Below, piece by piece: positions 1 to 13,089 of a stretch of 64,000 bases of DNA. The first letter of the stretch is position 1; every line of letters starts with the position of its first letter. The DNA comes from Eledone cirrhosa (Eukaryota): assembly GCA_964016885.1 (NCBI GenBank), contig OZ024742.1, positions 97,216,001 to 97,280,000 of the forward strand, read 5' to 3'. Below the pieces are notes generated by a model that worked only from the letters and a program-made list of their open reading frames with translations, made no database searches and was not told where the DNA came from. The position numbers and the translations under genes were made by a program.

Positions 1-52
1 TGATTAAATTTTGCTTTCCTTTCATATTTTTATTTTTTGTACGTTTTAGGTT

Positions 53-119
<67 letters not shown>

Positions 120-429
120 GTATGTATATATTATAGTTTCTAGTGTGAGTATCGAGGTGGGGTGAACAAGAGTAGGGGTTTAGGACTTCTCACTAACAAT
201 TTATTTCTGAATATATCATCATTCTTATTCTATAGTTTATAGGTTAGTAAAAAACATTTTACAGCAGAATTTGTTTGAAACGCAAAGAATATTTGATATT
301 TATGTATTTCTACATTCATTCATATGTATTTTGTTAGCAGTTCTCCCTCTTCCACATTTTTTATCTCTCACACACAAATGTATATACCTGTGTATACATA
401 CCTATATCTATCAGTCTATCTATCTATAT

Positions 430-447
430 CATAGTCTCTCTCTCTTG

Positions 448-502
<55 letters not shown>

Positions 503-605
503 TATATATGTATGTGTGTCTGTGTGTCTGTGTGTCTGTGTGTGCGCGTGTGTGTGTGTGTGTGTGTGTGTTTCTGTATTTACACACACAGTAATATATA
601 TATTT
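430..605. repeat. compound (TC)n/(TA)n/(CA)n/(TG)n microsatellite
   Basis: Direct reading; explains the YIYI/THTH/CVCV ORFs here. Dozens of similar tracts occur across the window. Confidence 0.95.
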
Positions 606-800
606 AGACAAACTCTCATGGCCACACATGTATATATGCATCCAATACTACTGCGTAGTAGAGACATATCTGACTGACTAGGTGTTGGCGTCTTCGTATA
701 TTAGTGTGTGTCTTTGTCAACTTCAGAGACCATTAACAGGAGGCATTTTAAAGAAATAAGGGGGGTGTTCATAAAGGGATGTGATTATTATTATTATTGA

Positions 801-1013
801 GGCCGGTGGATTGGCAGAATCGGTATAGGGTTGGACACGATGTTTTGTGACATAGAGTTACGGCCCTTTATGATCTGAGTTCAAATCCCGCCGATGTTAA
901 CTTTGCCTTTCATCCTTACGGGTTCAATAAAATAAAGTACCAGTCACCCACTGGGGTCGATTTATTCGACTTTCCCCACTCCCAAAATTGCTGGCCTTGT
1001 GCCTATATAAGAG
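801..1013 (+). mobile_element. tRNA-derived SINE (family A), near full length
   Basis: A-box-like TGGATTGGCAGAATCGG, B-box GAGTTCAAATCC, body CTTTGCCTTTCATCCTTACGGG..AAAATAAAGTACCAG repeated more than 12 times in the window. Confidence 0.9.
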
Positions 1014-1018
1014 ACCAT

Positions 1019-1175
1019 TCGCCATGCTTTCCACCATAGTTACGTCCCTTTACGATCTGAGTTCAAATCCGGCCGAGGTTAACTTTGCCTTTCATCCTTA
1101 CGGGGTCGATAAAATAAAGTATCAGTAATGCTCTGGGTAATTGCTGGCCTTGTGCCTAAAGTAGAAACAATTATT
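1019..1175 (+). mobile_element. SINE family A, 5'-truncated, (ATT)n tail
   Basis: B-box, conserved body, and 3' end GGCCTTGTGCCTAAAGTAGAAACAATTATT. Confidence 0.9.
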
Positions 1176-1739
1176 ATTATTAATGTTATTCAAATTTCAG
1201 AATAGTTTTGACAGTATGTCATAACATTATTTAAAGACGATATTATGGTTGTATAATTTTAATCGTACTAATTAGTGATATAATGGTGTAGACATTTCTT
1301 GCAAGTCTGCAACATTTATAATTCAGAAGTTGACAGTGTAATATCATCACTATCATCTCATTTATGTATGATATTACGGTTACTCAATATTGCAGTTTAG
1401 ATAACCATTGTAGTAAACAGAAGAACCGAACTTATATCACACAGTGGAAACAGAAATGTTTCCATAAAATATTATCATAGCTAATATGATTAATAGTTGA
1501 GTAACAAAAAAAATCTACCAAATTATAGAGATGAACAGGGGTATGTCATAGGCAGGTGAGGACTGGCCATACGGACATATATAGAATGCCAGATGGGTTG
1601 ATGAGTTATGAAAAGTACGTATGCACACATATATAGCAGCTGCAAAAATCTCACGCAAATCGCATAGCCGCTGTGCAAGGATTCAAACGAAAATCGAATG
1701 ACCATTAGTTGGTTTTCAACATTCTGTTAGCCTGTGTCA

Positions 1740-2870
1740 CCTTCATGTTCAGGCCGGATTTAAGATACCTTCCGCTCCCACTTTGTCCTTAAGACGACAA
1801 TCCTGACCCTCTTCCGCCGCCTTCAGTCGGATCCATCTATGTTCACGTCCCACTCTTCCTCTCTTTCTAACGTACACACAACATTAAGAACATGTTTCTT
1901 CTGAAGTTCTCTCCCAATTTACAACACTTCTCTTGGATCCGGTCCCCACTTCCGACCCAACTGTTACATATGCAGCTTCATTGGCCCAAACGGTTGCCTG
2001 TTTCACGTCAGGGAGTCTTTCTGTTGTATTTCCATAAGCCTCGTTTACGGACTATGTAAACCTCGTTTACACTATGCAAGTCCATTTACATTAGTCAGAT
2101 AGGCCGTCAACTGGCCGATAGATTCACTGAAAATCTACGGGACATCCGGGTCGGAGTTGGCCCAACCTTTCCGCACTGCCGTTCATTCCACACGTCAGCT
2201 CACTGCAACGGACCCCCAAACACGTGCCGTCAGAATAAACAGAGGCTTATCTTTTTTCTAGATTCTTCTACCAGACGCAGCCTTAATGTACCACCCCACT
2301 TGCTCTAATCGATTCTTTCCATCCCATCCTGTGCCCTCCTTCATCCACACGCTCATACGGAAATAGACACACACGTACAACAAAATAACTTTAATACATT
2401 TATTATAAAGAAAAACGTAGAAATCTAAACAGAGACATAACCACACATACATCAGCACATATACATTTGCATTTCTCACTGAACTTTGCATAGAGTGTTG
2501 CTATGACAACGTTAATAGCTCTTTTTTGTTCATTTCAAATTCAGGTAGTTCACCTTGAACGTATACTCAATGAACAAATATTTATTTGTCACCAATATTT
2601 TCTTTCATACACTCATACACAATACTAATACAGCCAGACACACATAGACGCCATCACAAACAATGTATAAACCTTGCCTCATATATACGGCGATACACAG
2701 AAAAAATTACAAACAACATTCACACGTGTTCCCCTTTTTCTATTTTTTATTCTTTAATCTATCTATTTGTACTGTCCCGATGAAGGGCTAAACTCCAATA
2801 CGTTAAACTTCTCTTTTCTCTCTTTCATTCAAAGTTTTTTGTATCTGTGTTTGTCATTTTTTACATGTAC
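1740..2870 (+). mobile_element. decayed PLE 3' part (Neptune-like GIY-YIG) with degenerate HHR remnant
   Basis: Manual translation across frameshifts: NCYICSFI...SFCCISISLVY..LCKSIYISQIGRQLADRFTENLRDI...QRLIFFL; HHR-like CCGATGA-AGGG..CTCC-AATACGTTA at about 2777-2805. Boundaries approximate. Confidence 0.7.
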
Positions 2871-2959
2871 ATACATATACAAATATATATACATTAATAT
2901 ACATATACATACATATGCGAATACACACGCAGTCATAGATGTATTGCTTTTTGAAATAT

Positions 2960-3450
2960 TAATGGTAAGTACAAAAATTAATAGGAACTGGTGCAGTAAT
3001 TTACGGTTTCGGCATTCCGTAATCAGAAGAAAGGAGACACGTGTAAAGGAGAGACATGTTATTTTCAATGCGCTACTCGTGTCAACTTTTACGGTAATAC
3101 AAGTGGTCGAAATGAGGTTCTTTGGAGTAACGTTACTCGTTAGAGTGCGTAACTCGTAGATTAGAATCACTCCAGATAGAGCCGTTACTTCTCCAAATTA
3201 TGGTAGTACGGGCATGTGGTTAGAATATCTCAGAAAATGATCGCTGGACAGATTTTACTTGCCAAACCAAACGACAGGAGACCTATGGGTAGATAGTTAG
3301 ATAACATCAATGAGATAATCTGGTCTCGATTTAGGATCTAACCAGATTAATTAGAGAAGGGTGCTTCTAACAGGACCCGCTGAAAGAAGTGTTTGAATAA
3401 TCTGACCCGACAACCCTTCCAAGAAAAATCGGTGAACAAAAAGAATGCTT
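2960..3450 (+). mobile_element. RTE-clade LINE 3' fragment, decayed
   Basis: Similar to 13090-13520 and 56420-56860 (…GTAACGTTACTCG.TAGAGTGCGTA.CTCG; AAEMRF-like peptide VVEMRFF). Confidence 0.75.
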
Positions 3451-3454
3451 GTTA

Positions 3455-3950
3455 TATTCCTAGTTAATTTAGGTGAATTAATAGGGACAAAGCTATATCT
3501 GTTGGTGATAGTGTAATACTTATACTGTGTGGGGAAGTGATTCTTGAGTAGGGCAAAGAAATTCCTACTAATTGGTGTGGATACCGTTAAGTTGAACTTG
3601 GGTTTTATACTAATTTTTGATTCTATACATATTTCGGTTGGGGATATGGGTGTACTATTTATGTAGGAAATGATTTCTCTAAATCTACTACGGGCTAGGG
3701 TTGATTAGATTAGGGGGCGGAATCACTAAACATGTTCTTGTTGGCTGAGCGGCTCAAGATCCTAAGACATATTCCTTGCGATGTTTTTGTAATGTTTGTC
3801 GAGTGGTTGGAGTGTATGTTGATGTATTTTAGAGACATTTATTTTGTGGTAGTTGTAGTAAATAAAGGTGGCTAAATCTAATGTGACATCTAGGAAGATT
3901 GCTCTTGTCATGTTGGACTCTGTTGTTACTTTTAGGCTTAGGTTATTAAA
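3455..3950 (-). mobile_element. decayed PLE fragment (RT thumb/linker)
   Basis: NNLSLKVT..IFLDVTLDL and downstream RNFFALLKNHFP..KY, matching the 37162-38643 ORF (FLDVTLD; RSFFSILEKNFP..KY). Confidence 0.7.
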
Positions 3951-4007
3951 GAAAGCACCCCACCCCCCGCATACATACATACACACATACACACATATAT
4001 ATATATG

Positions 4008-4038
<31 letters not shown>

Positions 4039-4039
<1 letters not shown>

Positions 4040-4185
4040 GGAAAAAAGTCACGACCCCGGCCGTTTCGAATACGTTCGGATCTAGCTGTCGAAACGGCTG
4101 GATCTCAGCCGTCGGGATCCTGACTCTTTTCCTGTTACCCACTCTACTAATCTAAGGATCGAATACTCTGGTGCGCTACGGAGAA
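4039..4185 (+). mobile_element. small fold-back element next to (TA)n, same family as 41031 and 41165
   Basis: Arms AGGAAAAAAGTCA..GCCGTTTCGA / TCGAAACGGC..TGACTCTTTTCCT followed by the family tail TTACCCACTCTAC. Confidence 0.7.
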
Positions 4186-4899
4186 ACGGAAAGTTGTGAG
4201 ATCGAGTGGGGGGAAAGTAATTATGATTAAGAGACATGTGTGTTGGCATGTAGGAGTGATAAGAATTAAAGGAAAACAAATGTAGGTCAAAATTACAATA
4301 TGAGTGGAGGTTAAAGTTACAAGACCAAAGAACATATGTAACTCAGTGTCATCCGCTCTTATCTGGCCATGTTGTTTCACACGATAAAGAAAGAGCTACA
4401 TATACTCGCGCAACAAGGCGTAATCAGAACAACCAATCAAAGGAATTTAGGATTGAAGAAAAATACTCTCGGTTAATATCGTATAGCTATGGTGAAATGA
4501 AAGGGCAGCTGTTGTAGTTGTAGTAATCGGAAGTGATAGAAGTAGCAGCAAGTATGAGAGAGAAGGAGGGATAAGAGGGGGAGAGAGGGGATGGAGAGAC
4601 AAAGAGAGAAAATATAGAAATTCCATGAACTCGATGTCCCTTCACATTGAAAAGCTAATAGAATTATAGCCAATGATAAAAGCAAACAAATATTAGATAT
4701 AATGTAAATTAACGAAGCTTTGTGGGAATATGAAGTTCATAGAAAAATGTGAAACTCAAACGCGCGATAAACTGTTAAAACAGCAGAATAATAAACAGCA
4801 CGGAAGTCGAGTAAAAAATAACCCTGAGTACAGAGAATAGTGGTAGTAGACGATACGAAAAAAAAAAAAAAAAAAAAACGCGTGTGAAATGGAATTTTC

Positions 4900-5800
4900 A
4901 GGAAACCAAAGACGGTGTGCCGACAGGGATATCTCGAAGATGTTCGGTGTATGTGTCGGCCAGTGGACACCGAGTTTGGTCAATGTAGATGGCCCCGCAT
5001 AGAAAACAACGGAGCCAGTAGACAAGTTCTGTAGATATGCAGCTGAAAGTGTGCCTAACATGAAAAGAGTGGTGGATTGGTCTGATGAGAATGGTGGAAT
5101 GAAGTATGAAGCTGCATGTGTGACGGTGGGGTCGGGAGCAGCGATAGGTTACGGGTTAGGCGTAGGAGGTCGGAAGAGAGCTGCAGATGAGGAGGTTCTG
5201 GGGTTTCGTGGACGCTTAAACGAGAGGAGTGGTGGGAGGGTAAATCTGGAAAGGTAGCAGGATTAAACTCTAGGCGGCGGAAAAGTCAGAAGATCGTCTT
5301 CATGGGGGGGGAGGGGATGCAGGGGTGGTAATTTAGGGGGGAATGATATTCAGTTGGCGCACGTGGTGTTGGCGTGGCGTAGGGGGGGGGGTGTCGAGTC
5401 AACGGGCACAGAGTAGGAGATATATGCGGTGAGTGAAAAATCTAGCCCTGTGTTGAGCCTGAATCTCAAAATCACAGGTGGAGGAGACGGAGGAATTGGG
5501 AGTAAGGATGGCCTAATTGGTGGGAGGAAATAGATTTGAAGAAGTCGGTGGTGATGAGGGAGCCATGATGATGGAGACAAATTTCCAGGAAATAAACGGA
5601 AGTGGTGGGAATAAAGAAGGCGAAGTCAAAGGTTCGGTGGAAGTGCAGGAGAAGGAGAGGGAGTCGTGCTGTGCACGGTGAGTGAGCTGGATCGATACAG
5701 TCGTCAATGTAGCATCCCTATAGCTCGGGCGTGGAGCCATTGTATTGGGAAAATGTTTGGGCATCAACATAGCCGGCGAATAAACAGCATAACTAGGGCC
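4900..5800 (-). mobile_element. decayed Neptune-like PLE (Cys linker + GIY-YIG)
   Basis: Minus strand 5052-4929 reads TFSCISTELVYWLRCFLCGAIYIDQTRCPLADTYTEHLRDI; upstream YRCSRPHRHTC linker. Boundaries approximate. Confidence 0.7.
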
Positions 5801-6196
5801 CATTCTTGTGTCAATGGCCACCCATGTTGGCTATGGTAAATGTCATTTGGGAAGGAGAATCATTGAAGTTCCTGGACGTCTACGTGGAGGCTTCCCACCA
5901 AGCCCACCAACCATTCAGACCAATTACGAATCACCAGGCGGATTGCTCACAGACATCGGATTACGATATACATACAGTTTACCTAGCTTATTTTTTAATA
6001 CTTACCTCTCTTTTCACTTGTATTGTTTAAGGTATTTGTCTATTTAAACATAATTTAGGAATTATCTACCCTTAGAACAGGCCTATACTTTCTAAAATTC
6101 TCCACGGTGGGAAGCCATTTTTCTTCTTTTATGAAAAGCTGAAAGATTTCGAGTAAACACCCAACGAAACTTAAGTGCCTGTGCGTGTCACTGTTG

Positions 6197-6270
<74 letters not shown>

Positions 6271-6274
<4 letters not shown>

Positions 6275-6690
6275 GAATTCCAACTTTGTCTGATTTACTC
6301 GTTTTATTTACAATCGTTTAAAATTATATTTGTTTCTACATTTGGCACAAGGCCAGCAATTATCCCAGTGCATTACTGGAACTAATGATATTATAATGAA
6401 ATAGTATGGTAGAATATTAAATGTTAAATGTTAATTGAACAAGTACTTTCATGCTTTGGCAATCTTCAGGTTCATATTCACGACTGAATATGAACCTGAA
6501 GATTGGCAAATCATGACAGTACTTGTTCAATTAACATTTAACATTTAATATTCTACCATACTATTTCATTATAATATCATTATAATTTTAAACGATTGTA
6601 AATAAAAGGAGTAAATCAGACAAAGTTGGAATTCCTTTTATTAATATAATCTTCTATACACAATTATACACACCCGTGTATATTTATTTA
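6271..6690 (+). mobile_element. HHR-containing fold-back element inserted in (TA)n
   Basis: Arms 6271-6479 and 6485-6638 are reverse complements (left arm interrupted by a SINE piece at about 6330-6384); right arm continues about 50 nt further; (TA)n on both sides. Confidence 0.9.
6437..6473 (-). ncRNA. minimal type I hammerhead ribozyme
   Basis: GAAC-CUGAAGA-uUGC CAAA GCAu-GAAA-GUAC-UU-GUUC: helix I GAAC/GUUC, palindromic helix III AGUACU. The + copy at 6492-6528 has GAAA changed to GACA. Confidence 0.8.
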
Positions 6691-6840
6691 TATATATAGA
6701 TATATAGATATATATATATACGAGGTAACACATTATTGTTGTAGGTAGTTCACTAGGTGTAGTCCAGTTAGGGTACTCCGAGTAGTGGATGATATCACCA
6801 TCACTGCTCCCACCACATCAGTTATATCACCACATCACAG

Positions 6841-6867
6841 TTATATATATATATATATATATATACA

Positions 6868-6910
<43 letters not shown>

Positions 6911-6927
6911 TACAGTATATATATATA

Positions 6928-7006
<79 letters not shown>

Positions 7007-7011
7007 TACAG

Positions 7012-7066
<55 letters not shown>

Positions 7067-7136
7067 TATATATATATATATATATATACAGTGTATATAT
7101 ATATATATATATATATACTGTATATATATATATATT
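6841..7136. repeat. (TA)n tract with recurring CAG/CTG interruptions
   Basis: Direct reading. Confidence 0.95.
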
Positions 7137-7639
7137 TCGTTTCTGAATTTGTTTAGCAAGTATAACAATATATATATACGTATGTATATACATACATACA
7201 TGTAAGATATGTTATGCGTGTATAAATATAATATGCACATACGTGCATACAAACACAGATATACAACCACAGACACGTCCCTGTAGAGTATATGTACTGT
7301 ACAAGTTATAAGGTCAATGTCTGTGACTACAGATAATCCCACAATAGAATGGAAATTTGAAAGTCTATGTAAAGCCAATGAAGTTGTCTATCACGGCTCT
7401 TTCGTCACCTCGTTTCTCATCCATCACTACCGTCAACACCACGGCCACGGCTACCATCAAATACCAATACCACCATCACTGCTCCCACCACTATACACAC
7501 CACATCACCACCTTTATCACGCCTCCGTTAAGTAGAAGACGAAGAAACAGCAGCAACGGTAAGACATGTTAGCTTTACTCTTCTATATATATGCTACGTC
7601 TTACAAATATGTTAAAACCGTGATGGTTTTCCAAAGTCA

Positions 7640-7729
7640 CATCTCTCTCCTTCTCTCACTTTCTATTTCTCTTTCACTCTCTTTACTCTTTCTTGCTCAT
7701 TCTCACAGCATCTCTCCCAATCTCTCCCA

Positions 7730-7765
<36 letters not shown>

Positions 7766-7783
7766 ATCTCTCCCAATCTCTCT

Positions 7784-7861
<78 letters not shown>

Positions 7862-8330
7862 ATCTCTCCCAATCTCTCTCAATCTCTCTCGATCTCTCTC
7901 AATCTCTCTCAATCTTTCTCACTCTCAATCGCTGTCACTCTCTCTCACTTTATCTCAATCTGTCTCTCACTCTCTCTCAATCTCTCAATCTCTATCAGTC
8001 TCTCTCAATCTCTCCCAATCTCTCTCACTTTCTCTCAATCTCTCTCACTCTCTCAATCTCTCCCATTCTCTCTCACTCTCTCTCACTTTCTCTCACTATC
8101 TCTAAATCTCTCTCACTTTCTCTCACTCTATGTCAATCTCTATCACTCTCTCTCAATCTCTTTCACTTTCTCTCACTCTCTCTCTCTCAATCTCTCTCTC
8201 TCTCTCACTCTCTCTCCATCTGCATCTCTCTCACTCTCTCTCCATCTGCATCTCTCTCACTCTCTCTCTCACTCTCTCTCATTCTCTCTCACCATCTCTC
8301 GTTCTTTATTACTTTCTCTCTCCTTCTCTA
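7640..8330. repeat. long (TC)n low-complexity array with TCTCTCAATC/TCTCTCAC variants
   Basis: Direct reading; source of the SLSLS/ERER ORFs. Confidence 0.95.
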
Positions 8331-9375
8331 CCCCCCCCCCTCTATACATCTGTATCTCTACAATCACTGAAGTCCGATACGTGGAATAAATGAGACATTT
8401 TTACATTTAATTCAATTGGTTTGCACACAAAGCCGTTATTTGCAAGATGTGTGATTCTGTGGAGCTCTGGAATGACACGAATTCCCCGGCCGACGTCGTC
8501 ATTCCACTAAACTAAAAACTTAACGTATCACCAGGCATGTAGGTAATAATTACTGTACTAAAAGCAAATGGGATTTTCAACTTAGATTCCTACACACACA
8601 CAACATACGCATGCAAACCCACACATTCACATGGAGACACACACACACCATTATGTATAAACATGTGTAGACACATGCACATACACAGCCGTTGTCTCGG
8701 TGTCTCTGCTTGCTACCCTACACTCTTCTCTATCTCTTATCTTATTCCAGTCTCTCCCCGAGTATGTGTTAGTATATATATATATATATAAATATATCCA
8801 TATATGCGTGTACGTGCGTGTGGTGTGTGTGTGTATGTGTGTGTGTGTGTATGTGTGTGTGTGTGAGTGTGTGTGTGAGTGTTAAAGAGAGAATGAGAGA
8901 GAGAGAGAAAGAAAGAGAGAGAGAGAGAGAGAGAGAGCATACATCTAGAGAACAGAAAAACTGATTAAGATGGTTACAGACATGGGACGAATGACATCGA
9001 CAAATCATTGAATAAATTATAGAACAAGAACCAGCCAGTATATTTTCATTGGCAGAATAATCATTCCAAAGTACCCTGAATAAATACATATATTCGAAAG
9101 CCTGTACCTGAACCATGAAACAACCTTCAGACATCCTGACAAAAAAAAAAACATGCCACCCACCTCGCAAACCGTGTATAAAACATTTAAATAAAGTCAA
9201 GGAAACATGAAACGTACGGATAAGAAGATGCAATAACATAAAGTGTATTAGTTTCACGCTTGGAGAAAGAGTTACATATTCAACGTATCGGACATTTTAA
9301 CTTCATCAGAAAGATAACGTTAAAGAATAAAAAAAATGCAAAAAATAAATTTGAATAAATGGTAGTTTAAATAAT

Positions 9376-9784
9376 TATTTCTACGTTAGGCACAAGGCCA
9401 GTAAATACCCAGTGCATTACTGGTACTTTATTTTAATCATTTCTAGTATAGGCAGTCCAGTAATTTGGGGAGGGGAAAGTCGATTAAATCGACCCCAGTA
9501 CGTTACTGGTGCTTTACTTTATCTACCCCGTAAGGATGAAAGGCAAAATCACCTCAGTAAACCTCGGCGGGATTTGAACTCAGACCGTAAAGGACAGTAA
9601 CTCTATGCTGCAAAGCATGGTGTCCGACTCTTTACCGATACTGCCAATCCACCATCCTTGGTAGTTTAAATAATTGTTTCTACTTTAGGCACAAGGCCAG
9701 CAATTAACCAGTGCATTACTGGTACTTTATTTTATCGACCCCGTAAGGATGAAAGGCAAAGTCAACCTCGGCGGGATTTGAACT
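9376..9784 (-). mobile_element. two adjacent SINE family A insertions sharing one triplicated 16-bp target
   Basis: TGGTAGTTTAAATAAT at 9360-9375, 9659-9674 and 9785-9800 brackets two minus-strand SINEs. Confidence 0.9.
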
Positions 9785-10579
9785 TGGTAGTTTAAATAAT
9801 GTTAGGAAGAAATTACAAAAATAAAAAAAGCATAACAATAATAATGATGAAAGAGGGGGAGTGATCCGGCGCCCTGAGGGGGTCGGGTGGGGAGACAGAC
9901 GTGCAGTGCGTGTTTGTGTGTTGGTGGGGTGCACATTATGGTGCGTTTGCGTGTGTGGGTGTTAAGTGTTTTGTTGGTGGAGATGTGTGTTCACACATAA
10001 GCACGTTCACACATATGTGTCAACGTGTTTATTCTGATATGTGTGTTTGACAGAGATGAGGTGGTTTTGTTTGTTGTGTGTGTTCATATGCGTATGTTCC
10101 GAGTTGAGTATAATCCAGGAGTTATTGTGGCGGAGGTGAATGGAATAGATGTAGCTGTGTAGAAAGGCGAATCTGTAGTGGATGGGATAGTGAAAAGAAT
10201 TGAGGGTAGTTGCAGGGAGTGTATGTGAGATGGTGTTGGTAGAGTTCTAAGGAAGAACTAAGGGGTGTTGGTGTGTGTTATATTCAACGGTCAGAAAAAG
10301 TGTAGGGGACAGAGGTGGAAGTCGGAAGTCGGTGTGGACGAGTCAACGCCATGCGGGGAGAAGGGGGTGACGGTGGCGGTTAAAATAGAATAAAGAAATA
10401 AAGGTGGATAGTGCAGAGAGAGTGTGTATGTAGGGGATGGTGGTGTCTGAGTTCTAATGAAGAATTGAGAGGTAGGGATGATATAGAGCATCAGACAGAA
10501 TTTAGGGGATTAAGGTGATGAGGAGATGTGTGATGACATTGTATTATTGTATCTCTCTGTTTGTCTTTATCTTGTACTA

Positions 10580-11670
10580 TATAGAACCCTAATGGCAATC
10601 GGGAGTGATAATTCCAACTTTCAAAACGAAAGACAAGAGAGATTGTTCTAGTTGTTAAGCCTTCCCGGAACAGGCTAAATGTTGGGCAAAGAGATACAGG
10701 GATATTGTCGAGTTCACTGTCAAACAGTGATTATCGCCCCCGAGGCAACACAGCCGACCAAATATTCATACAGCGCAGGTATTTGAGATATTCGTGGGAT
10801 TACTGCCACGAGGTGTACGGTATGTTTGTTTTATAGCCCTCGAAAAGCCATATCACCGCGTTTCATGAGTTTTATTATGGAATGTACTGAGGGACTATGG
10901 GATCGATGGACAGCTTCTTTTTGCCTTGATGTCAAAATAAGAATTCCCTAGTATTTGTGTTCGGATAAATGGTGATAAATCGAAGTCATTCAATTTAAAT
11001 CTCGGATCCCACCAAGCGTGCAAAATTTCACCTCTTCTGTTCATAATCTTCATGAAAATGGTTGTCAAGAATAGCCGGGCTGGATGTGTTATCAGGACTG
11101 GTGGGTGAGGGATCAATCGGCTGAAATTTCTTGACGGCCTGGTATTACTTAACTCGTCACAAGGTGATATCTTATATGCACTTGATATGCCTTCTACCGT
11201 CCTCTCGAGGAAGCTTTTGCAGTGCACTTTACATGGGAATGGAGTTCCACTGAAGTAGATGAAGAATTTCAAGTATCTCGGGTCCATTTTAACGAGCGAC
11301 GGAGGGTAGAAGGCTGAATTGAATGCAATAATTGTAGGAGCTTTGGACGTAATGCACAGCTACTGAATCCCTCCATATAGAACCGCTACTTCTCTGAATT
11401 GAGAAATCACAATTACGATACTATGCATATGCGGTTAGAATGTTTAAAGACAATCACTGGGCAGATTTTACGGGTAAAACAATTTGCAAGAGACCTATAT
11501 ATAGAACCCAAACAAGATACTTGGATAATCTCCATGAGCTCGTCTGGTTCCCCTTGTGGATCCAGCTAAATTAACTATAATCAGTTGCATCTGAGAGTAC
11601 CAACTGGAAGGCATACTTGAGAACTCTGCTCCTACCACCTTACCAGAAATATGTAAGCAAACAAAAAGAA
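10580..11670 (+). mobile_element. decayed RTE-clade LINE (RT domain to 3' end)
   Basis: Frameshifted motifs LLSLPG, TADQIF, QACKISPLLFIIFM, FKYLGSILTSDG. Confidence 0.8.
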
Positions 11671-11700
11671 GAAATATACACGCGCGTGAGAGCTATATTG

Positions 11701-11890
11701 AAGGCATTGGCAGTATCAGTAGAAGGTCGGACGCCATGCTTTGCAGCATAAAGTTACACTCCTTTATGGTCTGAGTTCAAATCCCACCGAGGTTCACTTT
11801 GCCTTTCATCCTTACGGGGTCGATAAAATAAAGTACCAGTAATGTACTGGGATAATTGCTGTCCTTGGGCCAAAATAGAAACAATTATTA
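11701..11890 (+). mobile_element. SINE family A
   Basis: A/B boxes, conserved body, AATTATT tail. Confidence 0.9.
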
Positions 11891-13089
11891 ATACTTCGTT
11901 CAGAAAATGAAGGTAAGAAGATTCTTGACACGTTACTAGATTAGCAACGTTACTATTTCAAACTAAAATATTTATCGACTCCTGAAAGGCTAAATCTGTG
12001 TTTCGCGGAAGTAGAACTCTGAGAAAACAGAAGTGAAACAAGTGCCGCAAAGCTTCTATTCAATGTGTTAATTGCTGCCGAACGACCACCAGTCAATGGA
12101 TATCAGGAACAACATTTTTATTCTTTAATATAATGGGATATGTCTGCTTTTTATGAAAGGTAAAACATTCACGCAGAGATTTCCTAGTAAACTCCAACTA
12201 GCTGTTTTTGAGGAAGTCTTCTGGCTTATCCAGAGAGAGGCTTTTCTCTCTTTTTCTAATATTGATAACTGATTTTTAAATATGAAAGGCTAATATTTCA
12301 AGAATGCATTAACTCTGTAAACTGAAAGTCAGCTTTCAAATGATGTATTTTTAGGCTTGCTAGAGTTTTGTATATCAAAGATAAATTGATATAAAATGTT
12401 ATTCTTTGGGATTATTGTATACTGCTGTGTTGAATGCATAGATAAATACAATGATATATATATTTTATTCGATTACGAAAGATAGGATTCCATAAAAATA
12501 CATTTTACAACCGTAGCTTCTTGGTGCAAAATGATGTATTTATTTAGTCGTGTAATATTGATTGTTGAAAGTCAAAGAAGTTTAAATGCTACGGGTGAAC
12601 AATGAATATTTGAGGTATTAGATTATGCGGAAAATGGAAATGTTAATGTTATTAGACTAAGCTGTCTTTCAGAACATTTTTGAGTAGAAGAAATATAGAA
12701 AATGATAATGGAATAGAAAGAAATATAGAATAGAAACGTTCAGATGGGTTATTCAATGGAGAAATATCTGATGGTCAAACGATATTAAAGCAAGTATTCC
12801 CTGATATATTTTTTAAAAGTTAGATGGGAATACCTGAACTAGAATGAACGTCGTTAATCCAATCTTCAAGGTAGTGCTTATGACATACACTGATTTCAAT
12901 TAATTAATGAAGATTAATGACTTGAGTAGATTACTGAAAATTATTAATTATTTGAATATTTTGTTATTTTTAATATATTGTAATGAATGGTTCTAATGTA
13001 AACTTATGTTGGAAGAATTGAATTTAAACATAAATGCTTTAGATAGAGTTGTTTTATTTCATAAATCCAGAAACAATTTTGTGTTGTAG

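Noticed and set aside
801-900. tRNA gene at A/B boxes
   Set aside because: No cloverleaf; these are SINE heads continuing into a repeated body.
271-8940. Long ORFs such as 6827-7378, 7566-8105 and 7693-8370
   Set aside because: Translations of (TA)n, (TC)n and (CA)n tracts (YIYI, SLSL, THTH); not genes. The same applies to similar ORFs throughout the window.
8372-9293. 16/17-bp inverted match as TIRs of a 920-bp DNA transposon
   Set aside because: No TSD; better explained as two HHR-like repeat remnants in opposite orientation.
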